From: Vicugna vicugna
Taxonomy: Eukaryota
Length of the DNA: 64,000 nucleotides
Assembly: GCA_013265495.1 (NCBI GenBank)
Contig: MU061578.1
Location: 939,308-1,003,307, forward strand
Direction: 5' to 3'
The notes under the pieces: generated by a model
Database searches by the model: none
What the model saw: only the letters and a program-made list of their open reading frames with translations
What the model was told of the DNA's origin: nothing
In this document: piece by piece, positions 49,330 through 61,704 of the stretch
How positions within the stretch are numbered: position 1 is the stretch's first letter
Layout: each line of letters opens with the position of its first letter
Program-made: the position numbers and the translations under genes

Positions 49330-49785
49330 TGGGCACAGTCAGGTGTATCTATCCCACTTTCCCAACAGCACCCTGATATTCTTTCACATAAGTCGCCTCT
49401 TCCTTATTTATATGAAGAAACACAAATCTGTGCCCCAACTATGGGAGCCCTAATGGTTTCTCCAGACTTGTTCCAAGAGATTCTCTTGGGGCAAGAACCC
49501 AATCAGCAAGTATTCTGTTTCCTGAGACTTGGAATTTCAACTAGAGAGATACAATGAGAGGAGACATGGCTGGGGGGTCATCCGGATGAAAGAAAAGGCA
49601 CTCATTCTAGAGCTGGCTCCCTGGTGGGTCGTCGTCCTGGTGTCTTCCCTGGGCTCAAGGCCCTTTCTCCAGCCTTCCTGTCAACTCCGTGAGCTGCTCA
49701 ATATCCACCCAGTAAACGTTGTCTCTTGCCTGCAGTAGCCAAGTAGATTTCAAGTACTTGAAACCAAGGAACCCAGCCTGGTACC
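49330..49785 (+). mobile_element. MLT1K/L-like LTR
   Basis: AACAGCACCCTGAT...CCAATCAG...CAGTAAAC..TTGCCTG.AGTAGCC..GTAGATTTC..TACTTG.AACCAAGGAACCC terminus. Confidence 0.6.
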
Positions 49786-51108
49786 ACCAAGAAAGGCCAG
49801 CTGGAATGGGAGATGCAAAATGCACAGACATCTCAGCAACCTGCAAATGAGCACCCGGACACATTTAATTTTTCTTCTATTAAAAATGTCGGATTCAATA
49901 ACCTACATTTAATGTCAAGGCCCCTTCTCCACAGTAATTACAAGAGGAACAGATCTCCCACTCGAAAGGGCTCTTTCTTTCCTGGCAACCAAGTGCTCAG
50001 AAAATGGGGAAGCCATGAGCCTAGGGTCATCCTAGCCACTGATGTGAGAGACCACAGCTCGGCAAACTTAAGCTCCTGTAAACTGCTGAACCCCACAGTC
50101 ACTAACACAGTGAGAGATGGATTCCTAAGATTTCAGATGGTTTGAGAAGATGGGGGCTTTGCAGTGGACTTGGGAGTTCCAAAGTTGACCCGCTGTTTGA
50201 CTTTTCCATCACAGCTACAAATACAGATCTTGCTCTGCCTTCGCTGGTCCAAAATACTCTGCCTCAAATGTCCTCTCTTCCTCCCCACGAGATACCAGGC
50301 AGGCCATATGCCTCCTCCCACTTCTGCTGAAGTGTCAACAATGAAAGGCAGGGGCTGACATGTGCTAACTGGCCCGGGCCCTCCCCCTGCACCCAGATGA
50401 TAAACAGCAAGCCGGACAAGGAACTTCTGGGCGCTTATCTGTGCCCCCGAAACTGAAACACAGCTACACCAACTTCCAGGGAAGAGTCACGAAACGCACC
50501 ATAAAGTGCAGTTTGCCTTAAGCAAAAAGGTTTTTGTCCTCCAACAAAACAACCTAAATGGTGCCAGCAGAAAGGATCCTGTGGCACCAGGTCCCCGTGT
50601 GCTTAAAGGTTCCATGAACTCGTGGTGACCTTTCTCAAGCTGCTCGGCACACTGCCTTAAAAGACACGCGGCCCACTTTATGCAGGCACTTTGCCCAGAT
50701 GAGCAGCCTCAAAGGGTCCAGTCTTTATTTATTTATGCATTTTAATACTAGCTCCAGGGGTGACCTCTCAGGAAGAATTTAGCCTGGGCCAGACGCTGCC
50801 CTAAGTGCTCCGCGCCGATCATTTCACAGGCTGCCCGGGGTCGCGGCGCAGAATGGGGATTTGCTTTCCCCGCCTCGGCTGAACGAGTCAGAGCCTCGCT
50901 TCCTGTAAGGAATACACGAGTGTTTAGATCAGAAGCAGGATTTCTCAACTGCTTTGCGTATTCATTTGCAGGCCCCTTTCCAACATCACAGCGGACAAGG
51001 AGTTCAGATCATGTGAATTCCGGGTGGAGGCTTATTGCAACCTTCTCCGTGGTTCCGTCTCTGGCAAAGATGCTAACAACAACAACAAACAATAATGTAA
51101 ACAGCAGT

Positions 51109-51141
51109 GGCGGCGGTGGCGGTGGCGGTGGCGGTGGCGGT
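51109..51141. repeat. GGC(GGCGGT)5 GC-rich tandem repeat
   Basis: Read directly; preceded by (AAC)4. Confidence 0.9.
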
Positions 51142-51289
51142 GACAGCTGCTTTAACCGCTGGCATCAACAGGTCCAATCATCTCAATTATCTGTCAAACC
51201 CCAGGCTGGGTGATTTATAAGGGATCTCATTTAAGGCCCTGGAAATACTCCTTGTGGGTCTTACCTTTTTTCTTTCTTCTTCTTTTTTT

Positions 51290-51425
51290 TTTTTTTAACA
51301 GATTATGAAACTGAGGTTCAGAGAGGTTAAGTGACTCGCCCAAGGTCACACAGCCAGTGTATGGCTGAGTTAGAAATTAATTCCAGCTGCAACTGATTCC
51401 CACCTCTAGGGCTCTTGACTTATCC
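51290..51425 (-). mobile_element. MIR SINE
   Basis: GAAACTGAGGTTCAGAGAGGTTAAGTGACTCGCCCAAGGTCACACAGC, a near-consensus core. Confidence 0.9.
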
Positions 51426-53447
51426 ATTATAAAATACACATAGTTTCACATACCATTTCCTGCTTAATGTCGAGATACTCCACGCACACAGGCACAAGCC
51501 CGCCTACACAGAATTCACCCTCCAACTCCGCCTGTAGACTCGGTGGTACCTATGTTTTCTACTACTGACATGGGAACACGATTATGATCAAATCCAGGAA
51601 TCCTTCCCTTCTCTCTCCCCCATCCGCTAGGTGTAGGGAGGTGAGCCCGGTGTGGTTTGGTAGCTTTAGTCGTCCTTCCGAGCAGAAACAAGGCCAGGGC
51701 AGCTGCAGAGCAAATATCCCCCTTTGTCACCTGCTTCCCTTACCCTCACCTGCTCTAACTTGGACTTAACTCCATTTCGAGGACCACAAAGGTGTTGAGC
51801 AGGGGGCAGAGTGAGTCTCAGTCAAGCAAAAGAAACAATTCTTTCATGCTTTGGGAAAGTGCCACTGCCTCCTTCTTGGATGCAAAAGGGTTTTAATCTT
51901 CCCCAAGAGTAAACATCTGCGTAATGCAAAGCTTTCTAAGTCAATTTAGGCCCCCTGTAAGTGCTGCCTAGAAGCTTCACAGCTATTACGGGCAGGCCTG
52001 GCGAGATGGAGCTGCTATAAAATGTGCAATGACACAAATGGGTCTTACAGACTCGGGACCTGCACAAAACAGAACTGGCCTCACTGCGCAGGCTCGCGGG
52101 CAGGTTTGGCGCTGAGACCCGGAGAGATGGCGTCCAGGGGGAGGAATGAGAACTCTTTCCGTGCCTGGGCATGTGGCCTTCTTCATATGGTCCAGAACCA
52201 TCAGCAGGTGGATCGCTTGAAAAATACCCATCAGGCCACAAAGCCGGTTTCTTTGGTTGGTTGGTTTTGGTTTTTTCTGTTGATGGCTCACAGGGGCTGG
52301 GGACGGAGGTTGCCCTTGGAATGCAAGAAGAGAAATTCACACCCAGTGGATGTGACTCTCCACGGATGAAGATAAATTAAGGGACTGTAAATAAACTCAA
52401 AGACTTCAAGGTGACCTGGATGACATCTCTGGGAGGCGAGGCTGGAATGTGAGAGCCTAATTAATGGCATCATCTGAAGAGAAGGGACTTGGCCAACACA
52501 GGGAGGAAGAGAAGAAGCCCAGAGCGTCAGACACTGGCCATGTGTCCACAGCATCATCCAAAAAAGATTTACAGTGAATCCCAGGGACACGGGCTTTCCA
52601 AATAGCGGAGAGGTGTGCTGCGTCGTGGAAGGGTGAATTCCTCCAGCCTCGCTGTGGCCTCATGAAAAGTCCTTCAAAAGAACCCACTTCCCTGTGCACA
52701 CGGCCTGTGCTGGCTCCTCCAGGCGGTTTCCTTCCCCCACACTCACTCACACGCGCGCACACACACACAAAAGACCATTTAATTTCAGCCACATGTCAGG
52801 CAGCAGAGCCTCTGTTCTCAGATCTTCCCAGAGACACTGTTAACTGACCACACTTTTACTACGATCTGAAGTATTTCAACTCCTTTCCAACAACTCTCTG
52901 ACTTAGTTTAACTCCACCTTCTTCAGAAATCTTTACTCAGAAAACAGGTTAATATTCGTCAGTTCATTACACGTAGCATCCAACGTAACACCATCGGTAT
53001 GTAGCGTGGAGCAACTGCTATGTAGGGGATGTATGGTGTGTTAGATTACGTGTCAATTACAGTCCTGTCCGCCTGTCTGTTGGCTGGATTACCTTGTCAT
53101 CCCATTTGGAGGGAATATTTAAGATGGCCCAACCAAGTATAAAGACTACTTGGCCTATGACAAAACAGACTTTGCAGAATGGTTGGATTTGAGGTTCACC
53201 ACAAAGTCCTCGAGATTGCTGATGGACAGAGAGCTACACACAGCAACGTGCAATGGATGCAGAAAGCAAACAGTGGTTTTGCACCGGAGCCCCAAGTCAA
53301 GACATGGGACAGAGACCTCAAAATGCAGGTGACCATTTCCTATTATTAACTGACTGCTCCTTCTGTAGGTAGCTCTATGTATCAAGTTCCACAGGGAGTA
53401 TTAGAAAGAATTTAGGTATTTAATGAAGACTAGTTATTTTTCTTATC

Positions 53448-53471
53448 CACACACACACACACACACACACA
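53448..53471. repeat. (CA)12
   Basis: Read directly. Confidence 0.9.
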
Positions 53472-53474
53472 ATT

Positions 53475-53680
53475 AGCTGCCTTCTACCAGGCACTTACTA
53501 CAGGGTAAGCATGGTACATAATAATTCTGTTAATTCTCACAACCTTATTAGGTCAAAGCTAGGAACTGAGGTTCAGAGAGGTACTGAGACTTGCAGAAGG
53601 TCACACAGCATGTACACAGATGACTTGGGGTTGGACCCAAAGTGTGTGAGTTTAACTAACACATATTTTTCTGTTCTTTC
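53475..53680 (-). mobile_element. MIR SINE
   Basis: TTAATTCTCACAACCTTAT...GGAACTGAGGTTCAGAGAGGT..GACTTGC..AAGGTCACACAGC. Confidence 0.85.
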
Positions 53681-54546
53681 TTAGATGACTACACTGTTGC
53701 TGGCAATTCCCATGTGAATCAGGGTTGAAGAAAAGTGGAGGCAGCACGCTCATACTCCCTACTCCCAAAACATAATGTATCTAATTTTATACTAATTTTT
53801 TTTGCCTTTGTGTATTTGAAATTCTAATCACTAGGCATAAAGAAACAGGGGTCAAGGACAGAATTCTTTCATGTCCTGTCCTTAAAAACTCGGTTATCTC
53901 TGGACACAGAACTTCACTCACTCACTCACACACACATAACCTTCCTCCTCTCCCACTATCTGGGGTGGCTATACCATCTGCCCCCCGCCCCGGCTATTCT
54001 TTTTCTACCAAAAAAAATGCAGATAGAACACCAGCTTTTCCTTGGAAAAATGCAGGTACTAATTAGGGACTCATTTGCTGTCGTGTGTTGAATAACCTGC
54101 CAGGTATTTGCTCTGTGGCTGCTACTACCTGCCTCTTTTAAGAACACGGCCACCCCTCTGCTCTCTCGCGGTTTATTTGCAGAAGCAGCTGACTTGGCTA
54201 TGAATTCTTGCAAAGGTTTATCAACCCTCTCAGGACAGTTTGTGCATATCCAATGCGATGACAACAGATACATAATTTATTTTCTGGGAGTGAGTTATGA
54301 AAGTTAATCAATAAGAAGTGGAAGTCTTATAAATTATCTATCGAAGATCAGCCTATTAAATGTTCTGCTTCCACGAGGCTGGCTTGAGTTGAGGTCTCAG
54401 GCTGCACTATTTATTAGCCTGTATGCAAGATAATGTGATTCTCCGGCGGATGAAGGCAGACCTCGCTATTAAGACAGAGACAGTAAAAATAAAAATGAAA
54501 TGTGTTTTTGCTACGACAGCAAATCCTGTTCCCATGATTGCCAGGA

Positions 54547-54574
54547 AAATAAATAAATAAATAAATAAATAAAT
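54547..54574. repeat. (AAAT)7
   Basis: Read directly. Confidence 0.9.
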
Positions 54575-55182
54575 GGGAGTCAAAAGTGGGCTCAGAAAAT
54601 CTCTCTCCATGAATAGAGTAGAAGGCTTAGAGGAGAGCAGAAGAAATAAGGAGGGGGCGAAGTTGCATTGGCAAGTGCCCCTGAATTCGTCTCAAAATAA
54701 AGTCATGAAAGCACCACGTTGCGTGGGAACCATCTCCAGGTGCCTGTTCTCTTCTCAGGCAACCCAGCAGGACAGGATGAAGGGCTTTCGTACCCCCGGG
54801 GCTGCACACGAGCCCTGCGCAAGAGGCAGAGAGTGGTGCCAGGCTGGGATCAGAATCCAGGAATGTGGGTCAAAGGCACCGATGCACGTTTCGGGGGTCA
54901 GGCAAAGGTTACGGGGCAGAACAAGGTAGGGCAGTATGAAGAGAGAGGGATGTGGGTGGATTCATTCCTTCAGTCAGTGGGAACCAGGAGATTTCCCCGG
55001 GGTTGAAAAAGGCCAAAGAGAATGAGAAAAACCCAGAGGGCCGCACCTGTAACACCTCCGCCCCACCACCATCCCTGCTTTCTATTATTGGGCTCAACTG
55101 ATGTTGCTGACTCACTGAGAATTTTTTCTCTATCATTCTGTGTATTTATCTAAATTATTACTTGGAATAAAAATTAACAGTG

Positions 55183-55389
55183 TCACAGACATAGAAAACA
55201 AATTTACAGTTACCAAAGAGGAAAGGGCGTAGGGGAGGAATAAATTAGGAGTTTGGGACTAACAGATACAAACTACTCTATTTAAGATAGATAAACAACA
55301 AGATCCTACTGCATAGCACAGGGAACTATATTCAATATCTTATAATAAGCCATAATTGAAAAGATATGAAAACAAATATATATATATAA

Positions 55390-55442
<53 letters not shown>

Positions 55443-55513
55443 GAGTCACTCTGCTGTGTATCAGAAATGGACACAACATTGTAAATCAACTATACTTCAA
55501 TTAAAAAAAAAAA
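55183..55513 (+). mobile_element. Young artiodactyl-type L1 3' end containing (TATC)n at about 55390-55442
   Basis: TCACAGACATAGAAAACAAA...GATAAACAACAAG.TCCTACTGCATAGCACAGGGAACTATATTCAATATCTT...AATCAACTATACTTCAATT plus A tail. Confidence 0.92.
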
Positions 55514-56159
55514 CAAGCTAGGAGTGTACTGAAAATTACTCTGAGTGTTTTTCCCCATTGGGCTGATGCCAGCCAAAGGGATGCCTTCATTGCCCCTGCC
55601 TGCTCTACTCAGGGTGATTTCAAAGTAGGGTATGCACCTGTAGAATCCAAAATGCCTGTGCTCCTAAATGCAGATGACAAGACCTTTGAGTGCAGGGTTT
55701 CCTTCCCCATCTCTGGTCACGGCATCATCTGGAACAAGCTCATCTGCTTGGATACAGGATGCTCCAAGGCTGGTCTCTGGATTCCTGATCCCCACCAAAA
55801 AGCGTTCTGCTGGTCTGAAATGATCAGGCATGCAGGGGCCCTCAGCATTCACGGACAGAAGAGAAACCAGAGGCCCCGAGACTCGGTCCCAGTGTTCTTT
55901 TCACCACATCAACCTTGCTATGGGCTCTTGCCATGCTTCGATTATGAGCTCTGATCCAGATAACACAGATGCTAGGCTCTGCGTGATAGTAAGTCCAGTC
56001 AAGTTGGCCCAAAACCCTTCCCTTCCCTCCATCACTCAGGGAGCCACGGCAGGGCACATTTGAGGTCATCGGCTCTGCTCTAAGAAAACCTCTAGCTCCT
56101 CTTTATTATGTTTGTATTCCTGGAAAAGCAAAGCGTTCATAAAGCTCAGCATTTTAATG

Positions 56160-56700
56160 CTGTTCACACAGCGCCCTCAGAATAAACCAGACCGTGCTGT
56201 TACCCTGCTTAAGATGGAATCAGTGGCCTCTCAACATAACTTGATACAAATTCAAGCTCTTTACTATGCTGTGCAGGGCCCTGCCCCATCCTGGCCTGCC
56301 TGCCTTTCCAGCGTCATCCCTCACCACGCTCCCTCTTACTCACAAGGCTCCAACCACACCAGCTCCTTTGAACACTGCCATTTCTGGTTCCTCTCGGAAT
56401 TCAGTTCTTTTCTTCAGTGTCGCTGCTCAAAGAGCCTTAGCCGACCACCCTCTCCACAACAAGCCCTCCAGGTCGGGGGCTGTGGGTCCCAGGGCACCCC
56501 TCTCATCACAGTCCCTGAATCCTCTCTCTGTAAGGATTATACCTCTCTCTGGCTGCCACCTTCTCTGCCCATTAGAACATAAGTCCTGTAAGAACACGGA
56601 CCCTGACTCTGTTCAGTGCTGTGACTTCAGTGCCTAGAACTCGGCCTGACACTGAATCCATGCCCCATTGCTACTGGATGAATAAATGACTGAACGAATA
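56160..56700 (+). mobile_element. L2 LINE
   Basis: ACCCTGCTTAA...CAGGGCCCTGC..CTGGCCTGCCTGCC...TAGAACATAAGTCCTG...CAGTGCCTAGAAC...GATGAATAAATGA. Confidence 0.85.
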
Positions 56701-56795
56701 TATTCTGCATCGTAACTGATTACAATGCATCAGTCCATGCGTTGGGGCACTGGGGTTGTGACACAGATCTTGGAGGGGGCTTTTCAGACCTGGCT

Positions 56796-56951
56796 TCTTC
56801 ACCTTTCAAACCAATGAGACAGTTTGCTTTTACCATATTTACCTGAGTAAACACCCCTCCCACTGAAAGGAAATCTTCACCTTTTAAACCAATGAGACAG
56901 TTTGCTTGTACCATATTCACCCAAGTACACACTCCTCCCACTGAGAGGAAA
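56796..56951. repeat. Tandem duplication, 2 x 78 bp (70/78 identical)
   Basis: Copies at 56796-56873 and 56874-56951 align without gaps; 8 mismatches. Confidence 0.95.
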
Positions 56952-57079
56952 TATGCTTTTGGCCTTGACCTCATTTCGCCTCCAGCAGAATAGAATGCCT
57001 TTGGCTGTCAGCAGCTAGAAGTCCAAGTGGAGCAGGTGGAGGGAGGTGTAAATGACCCTGAAGGTTGAAAGGAAAAGAA

Positions 57080-57735
57080 ATTTTCACCCAACAGATTGGC
57101 AAAAAATGTCTAAGATTGATGATGTCCAGTTTGGGCACTGATGCAGGGAAACTGGTCTGTCAGGCTGCCTTTGAGGGAGTCTTGGCAAAGACATTCTCTG
57201 GAGGGCACTGGGCAGTATGGATCAGAATGTGACGTGTGCATACCCTCGAGACCAGCAAACCCAGTTCTAGGAGTCTACCCTGAACATGCCTTCCCACCTC
57301 GGCAGAAATGCAGACGTGCAAAGGCATTCATGCAGCAGCATTGTTGTAGAAGGACAAGAAAATTGGAAGCTACCTAAAAGTGTGAAAAGGGATAATGGCT
57401 AAATAAATTGTGGTACCATCATATGTGGAGTTTTCTGCAGTCTCTAAAGATTAATAGGTTAGACCCATAGGTACTGACATTGGAAGATGGCCCAAACATG
57501 TTGTTAGATAAATAAAAGCAAATTGCAGAATAATGTGGGTGGTGACCTCCCACTTACCCAAAACATGTGCATTGTGTCCACGTACACGTGCGTATGCATG
57601 AAATTACATCGACAAGGTCAGGGAGGACTTCAGACCAAACAACACTCCAAACTGTCAGTGTGCATCACCTCTTGGGGAGGAGGCAGGAGTGGACGGAGGG
57701 TGCGGTAGGCAGACTCACAGGTCTTACTCTGCTTT
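57080..57735 (+). mobile_element. Ancient L1ME-like ORF2 end and 3'UTR
   Basis: TTTTCACCCAACAGATTGGCAAAAA...GCATACCCT..GACCAGCAA.CCCAGTTCTAGGAGTCTACCC...GGCTAAATAAATTGTGGTAC. Confidence 0.85.
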
Positions 57736-57749
57736 TTTTTGTTTATGCT

Positions 57750-58412
57750 TTTTTTTTTCAGATTGAAGCATAGTTGACTTACAGTGTTGTGTTAGTTTCT
57801 GGTGTACAGCAAAGTGATTCAGTTATGCATATATAGATTCTTTTTTATATTCTTTTTCATTATAGGTTATTACAAGCTATTGAATAGAGTTCCGTGTGCT
57901 ATACAGTATAAACTTGCTGTTTATCTATTTTATACAGAGTAATTTGTATCTGCTAATCCCAAACTCGTAATTTATCCTTCCCACTACATCCCCCCTGGTA
58001 ATCATAAGTTTGTTTTCTATGTCTGTGAGTCTCTGTTTTGTAAATAAATTCATTTGTGTCATTTTTTTAGATTCCACATATAAGTGGTATCATACGATAT
58101 TTGTCTTTGTCTGATTTATTTCACTTAGTATGTCCATCCATGTTGCTGAAAATGGCATTATTTTTATGGCTGAGTAGTATTCTGTTATGTATATATACAC
58201 CACAACTTCTTTATCCAGTCATCTGTCGATGGACATTTAGGTTGCTTCCATGTCTTACCTATCGTAAATAGTGCTGTTATGAACATTGGGGTGCATGCAT
58301 CTTTTCAAATTAGAGTTTTTTCTGAGTATATGCCCAGGAGTGGGATTGCTGGATCATATGGCAACCCTAATTTTAGTTTTTTAAGGAATCTCCATACTGT
58401 TTTCCATAGTGG
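57750..58412 (-). mobile_element. Young artiodactyl-type L1 (about 660-bp 3' portion), probably nested in the L1ME tail
   Basis: T tail, ATTGAAGCATAGTTGACTTACA...AGATTCCACATATAAGT...GGAGTGGGATTGCTGGATCATATGG...CTCCATACTGTTTTCCATAGTGGC. Confidence 0.95.
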
Positions 58413-58599
58413 CTTTCTTATTTATTTCTTGAAACCGTTTTAGGAAAAACACAGCCATTGCATTGCAGTTTTTAAAAGGAAAAGGGCTAAGAGATATTGA
58501 AAGTATCCTAGCCAGGACCAGAAGATGGATTTAGAGGCTTCATTTAGAGGCTCCAAGCAATGAAAGAGGTAGATTAAAAGGATGGAGCGGACCGTTCCC

Positions 58600-58790
58600 C
58601 AGATTTGGGAATGTGAACAAGTGAATTTACATGTTTTGTGTTCTCACCTACCATGCTGGAATAATAACAGAGCCTGCCTATTGGAATTTTTGCGAGGATT
58701 AAGTGAGATACTGCGTATGAAATGACTGGCACACCGCCTGGCACAGAGCAAGTGTCAATACTAACTACTAATTTCACTATTATTACATGA
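58600..58790 (+). mobile_element. MIR SINE
   Basis: GAGGATTAAGTGAGATACTGCGTATGAAATGACTGGCACA..GCCTGGCACAGAGCAAGTG. Confidence 0.8.
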
Positions 58791-58889
58791 TTCATCACAT
58801 TTCAGCATTCAAATCTGCTGACACGAGGGAAAGGCTGAGGAGGAAAAAGAGACCACAGCAGAGCAATATAATTAATTCAGCCTTCTAGA

Positions 58890-59063
58890 GTAGTGCTGTG
58901 CCATAGACTCTTATCGATGAAAGAAACGTTCTATATTATGTTGCCCAATACAATAAACAAACCCTGTGTAGCTGTTCCGAGCACTGGAATGGTCAAAGGT
59001 GTGACTTCAACTGAAATTCAAATAGTTACTTCTGGCTAGTGGCTCCCACGTGATGCAGTGTGT
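58890..59063. mobile_element. MER3-like fragment
   Basis: GTGCTGTGCCATAGA...GATGAAAGAAACGTTCTATA...GAGCACTGGAATG...TGGCTAGTGGCT. Confidence 0.65.
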
Positions 59064-59414
59064 TTCTCGAGAATTTTATTTTCCCCAGCTAAAATATCCT
59101 TATTCTCTTCTGATCATCAAAGGTTGGCAAGAGGAAGCCTTAGCACTTAAAATATGACGGAATCCTAAGCATTTCGCTGCATTGGTGGTAGAGCAGATGA
59201 GTTTAGGAGGTTTTAGGAAGTCGCTTCCCTTTCAAGCCTCATTCCGCTGTTCTGGTGGCTTGAAGGAGAGAGGCTCCCTTGGGGCTATCCCGCCTTTGAC
59301 ACCGTCTTTCGGGCACTTTCAAGTCTCCCTTTTTTTCCCTGAGAGAACAGGCCTCAGACACAGCAGAGGCCTTTAGTAAACACAGGTAATAGAGAATTTG
59401 ATCAAGTTGCTCTG

Positions 59415-60142
59415 TTTTTAGTGCATTTTTGTCCTGAGATGTAATTCACACACCATCAAACGTACCCTTTGAAAAGTGCACCATTCATTGCTTTTTAGTA
59501 TGTTCCAGAAGGTTCGCAACTATCACCACTGTCTAATTCCAGAACAAATTCACCATCCCCCAAAAGAAAACTTAGACCCATTAGCGGCTGGTCACCCCCA
59601 CTCAGTCCTCCTCCACGCCGTCCCTGGCTACCATTAAGCTACTTTCAGTCTCTATAGATTCACTTATTCTGAACATTTCCCATGAATGGAATCATACAGT
59701 ATGTGGTCTGCCATGTCTCCTTTCTCACACTGAGTGGAACATCTTAGAAGTTCATCCGTGCTGTAGCACATACACATTTCATGGCTGAATAATCTCCCTC
59801 TGTGTGACATACCCGTCTTGGTTCAGCCAATTATTAGTTGATGGGCATTTAGGTCATTTCTATTGTTTGCTATTATGAATAATGCTCCTACGAGTATCTC
59901 TGTGCAAGGGTCTGTGTGGGTATAGAGTATTTTCAGTTCTCTTGGGTATATACCTAGGAATAGGGATTGCTGGGTCATTTGGTTACTGTAGATGTACATT
60001 TTCAAGAAATGACTAAACTGTTTCCAAAGGGGATGCAAAATTCTACATTCCAATCTGCCACGTATGCTGGTTCCCATTTCTCCACTCCTCCCTAACACTT
60101 GTTATTGGCCATATTTCTTGTTACAAGCCGTTCCAGTTGGCG
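59415..60142 (-). mobile_element. L1MB-like 3' portion
   Basis: GAGATGTAATTCACACACCAT...CAACTATCACCACTGTCTAATTCCAGAAC...ATGGAATCATACAGTATGTGG...GGTATATACCTAGGAAT. Confidence 0.9.
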
Positions 60143-61704
60143 CAATCCACATATTTTCAGCAGATTCCATTTATCTATACCTAATGATGGTGAATGTCTG
60201 CTTGAAGTAGAGGTGGAAATATTGGGGGAACCAATTTACATTAGTTACAAAAATTAAATCAATTAAAAGAAAAGTATTAAGCATAGAGTAGTACTCATGG
60301 TACAAAGCATTTGCTTGTCTGAAGGTTAGGAACTGTGGTCAAAGACAAGGCTTTGGGATTCCCCTTATGAGACGGCTCCATGCAGAGATCTGAAACCTGA
60401 AACCGTGTACAAAAGGGACGTGTGCATATATGCGTGCACACACGCTCAGATGTGTACGAATCTCATTTGAAAACTTCTACTTTGGTCTTCTCCTTCACTC
60501 CATGTCCATAAATGAGGAACAGAGGAGCCAGGAGACTTGCTTCTGGAGGTACAGACATCGGGGGGCAGATCTGGACCAAGAGTGCAGTCTTCAGAACTCC
60601 AGCCCCAGGGTCTTTCTAGAACTACATGGAAAATGCAGAAGTACCCCTGAGCCAGTTCTTGCAGGCGGGACCATTATCACTGTCTTCCTGGAGAAGGGCC
60701 ACAACTTCTGGCTTTCTTTATCATTCTATTCCGATCTATTCCTCTTTGGGATTTTGGCCCTGAGGGCTCTGGAAGTACTGAGCCAACCAAACAGCAGAGA
60801 TGGAGAGCCTGAAGCAAGAACTTGGTGGGAGACGGATTCCGATCAGTTCTACAGCTGGTGTTCTCTTGGGAAAGGGAAGGGCTAGCTGTTCCTAGGATGG
60901 CACACAACTACATCCAGGGCGGGATGGTGTCACTTCTGAGAACAGGGCATGCAAACTCAGTCTCCCCCTATGTGGTCACCTGGCCCAGAATAGGGGACAG
61001 GGCAGTCCTTTCTGCCCTGATGGGGGACATGTGCAAAGACTTAGGTTACACTGTACCGCAGTGTCCAGTTGACCTCCTTTGAAAAGCTGGAGGACTTTCT
61101 CCACCCAGAAGCCACAAAGCCACAGAGTCAAGGCTGTTTCTGCAGCAGAGATACTTCAGAATGCTTCTGCCGTGGGGTGACTTGACAAACAAGCGGAAGT
61201 TAAAAACCCCACCATTGCAAGACCATGTACTCACAGTCTGACATACACTTCGGGGGAGAATTTCCAGCCACCCTAATTAAAAACCCATGCCCACAAATCA
61301 CTCTGCAGAAGCCCCTCTTTCTTTCTCAGCTCCAGCAAGTGGTAACACAATCCCTGGTGAGGGTCACCATGGGCTTTTCGTAGGGTTGGAAACTCCTCGG
61401 CAGTGGATCAGAAAAGACAGCTGCCGACAGCTGAAAATTCCCCGCCTGGGCCTCAAGATCAAGTGACGGCATGTGCGTTTCCATGGCTCTCCCAGAAACA
61501 GGTGGCTCCCAAACTCCGGAACAGCACACTCCCGGCTCCTGCACACTGAGCTGCACTGAGCGGGGGACGTGCACACTTGAGGCGGGGAGGGGGGCAGTAT
61601 TAGGTGTCTGCAAGACAAACCCAGGGAGCTCAGAAAAGTGGAGGCGTGAGCTGATGGAAGGATCTCAAGACACTGGGGAAGGTGAGCTCAAGGGCAGAGT
61701 GTCT

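Noticed and set aside
50920..51213. Poly-Gly ORF as a transcription-factor exon
   Set aside because: The Gly run is just the GGCGGT repeat, the flanking translation is unrecognisable, and there are no convincing splice sites.
55841..55860. Second RE1-like string CTCAGCATTCACGGACAG
   Set aside because: The left half is mismatched and the spacing is one base too long.
59823..60098. 91-aa ORF
   Set aside because: Translation of decayed L1MB ORF2 sequence.
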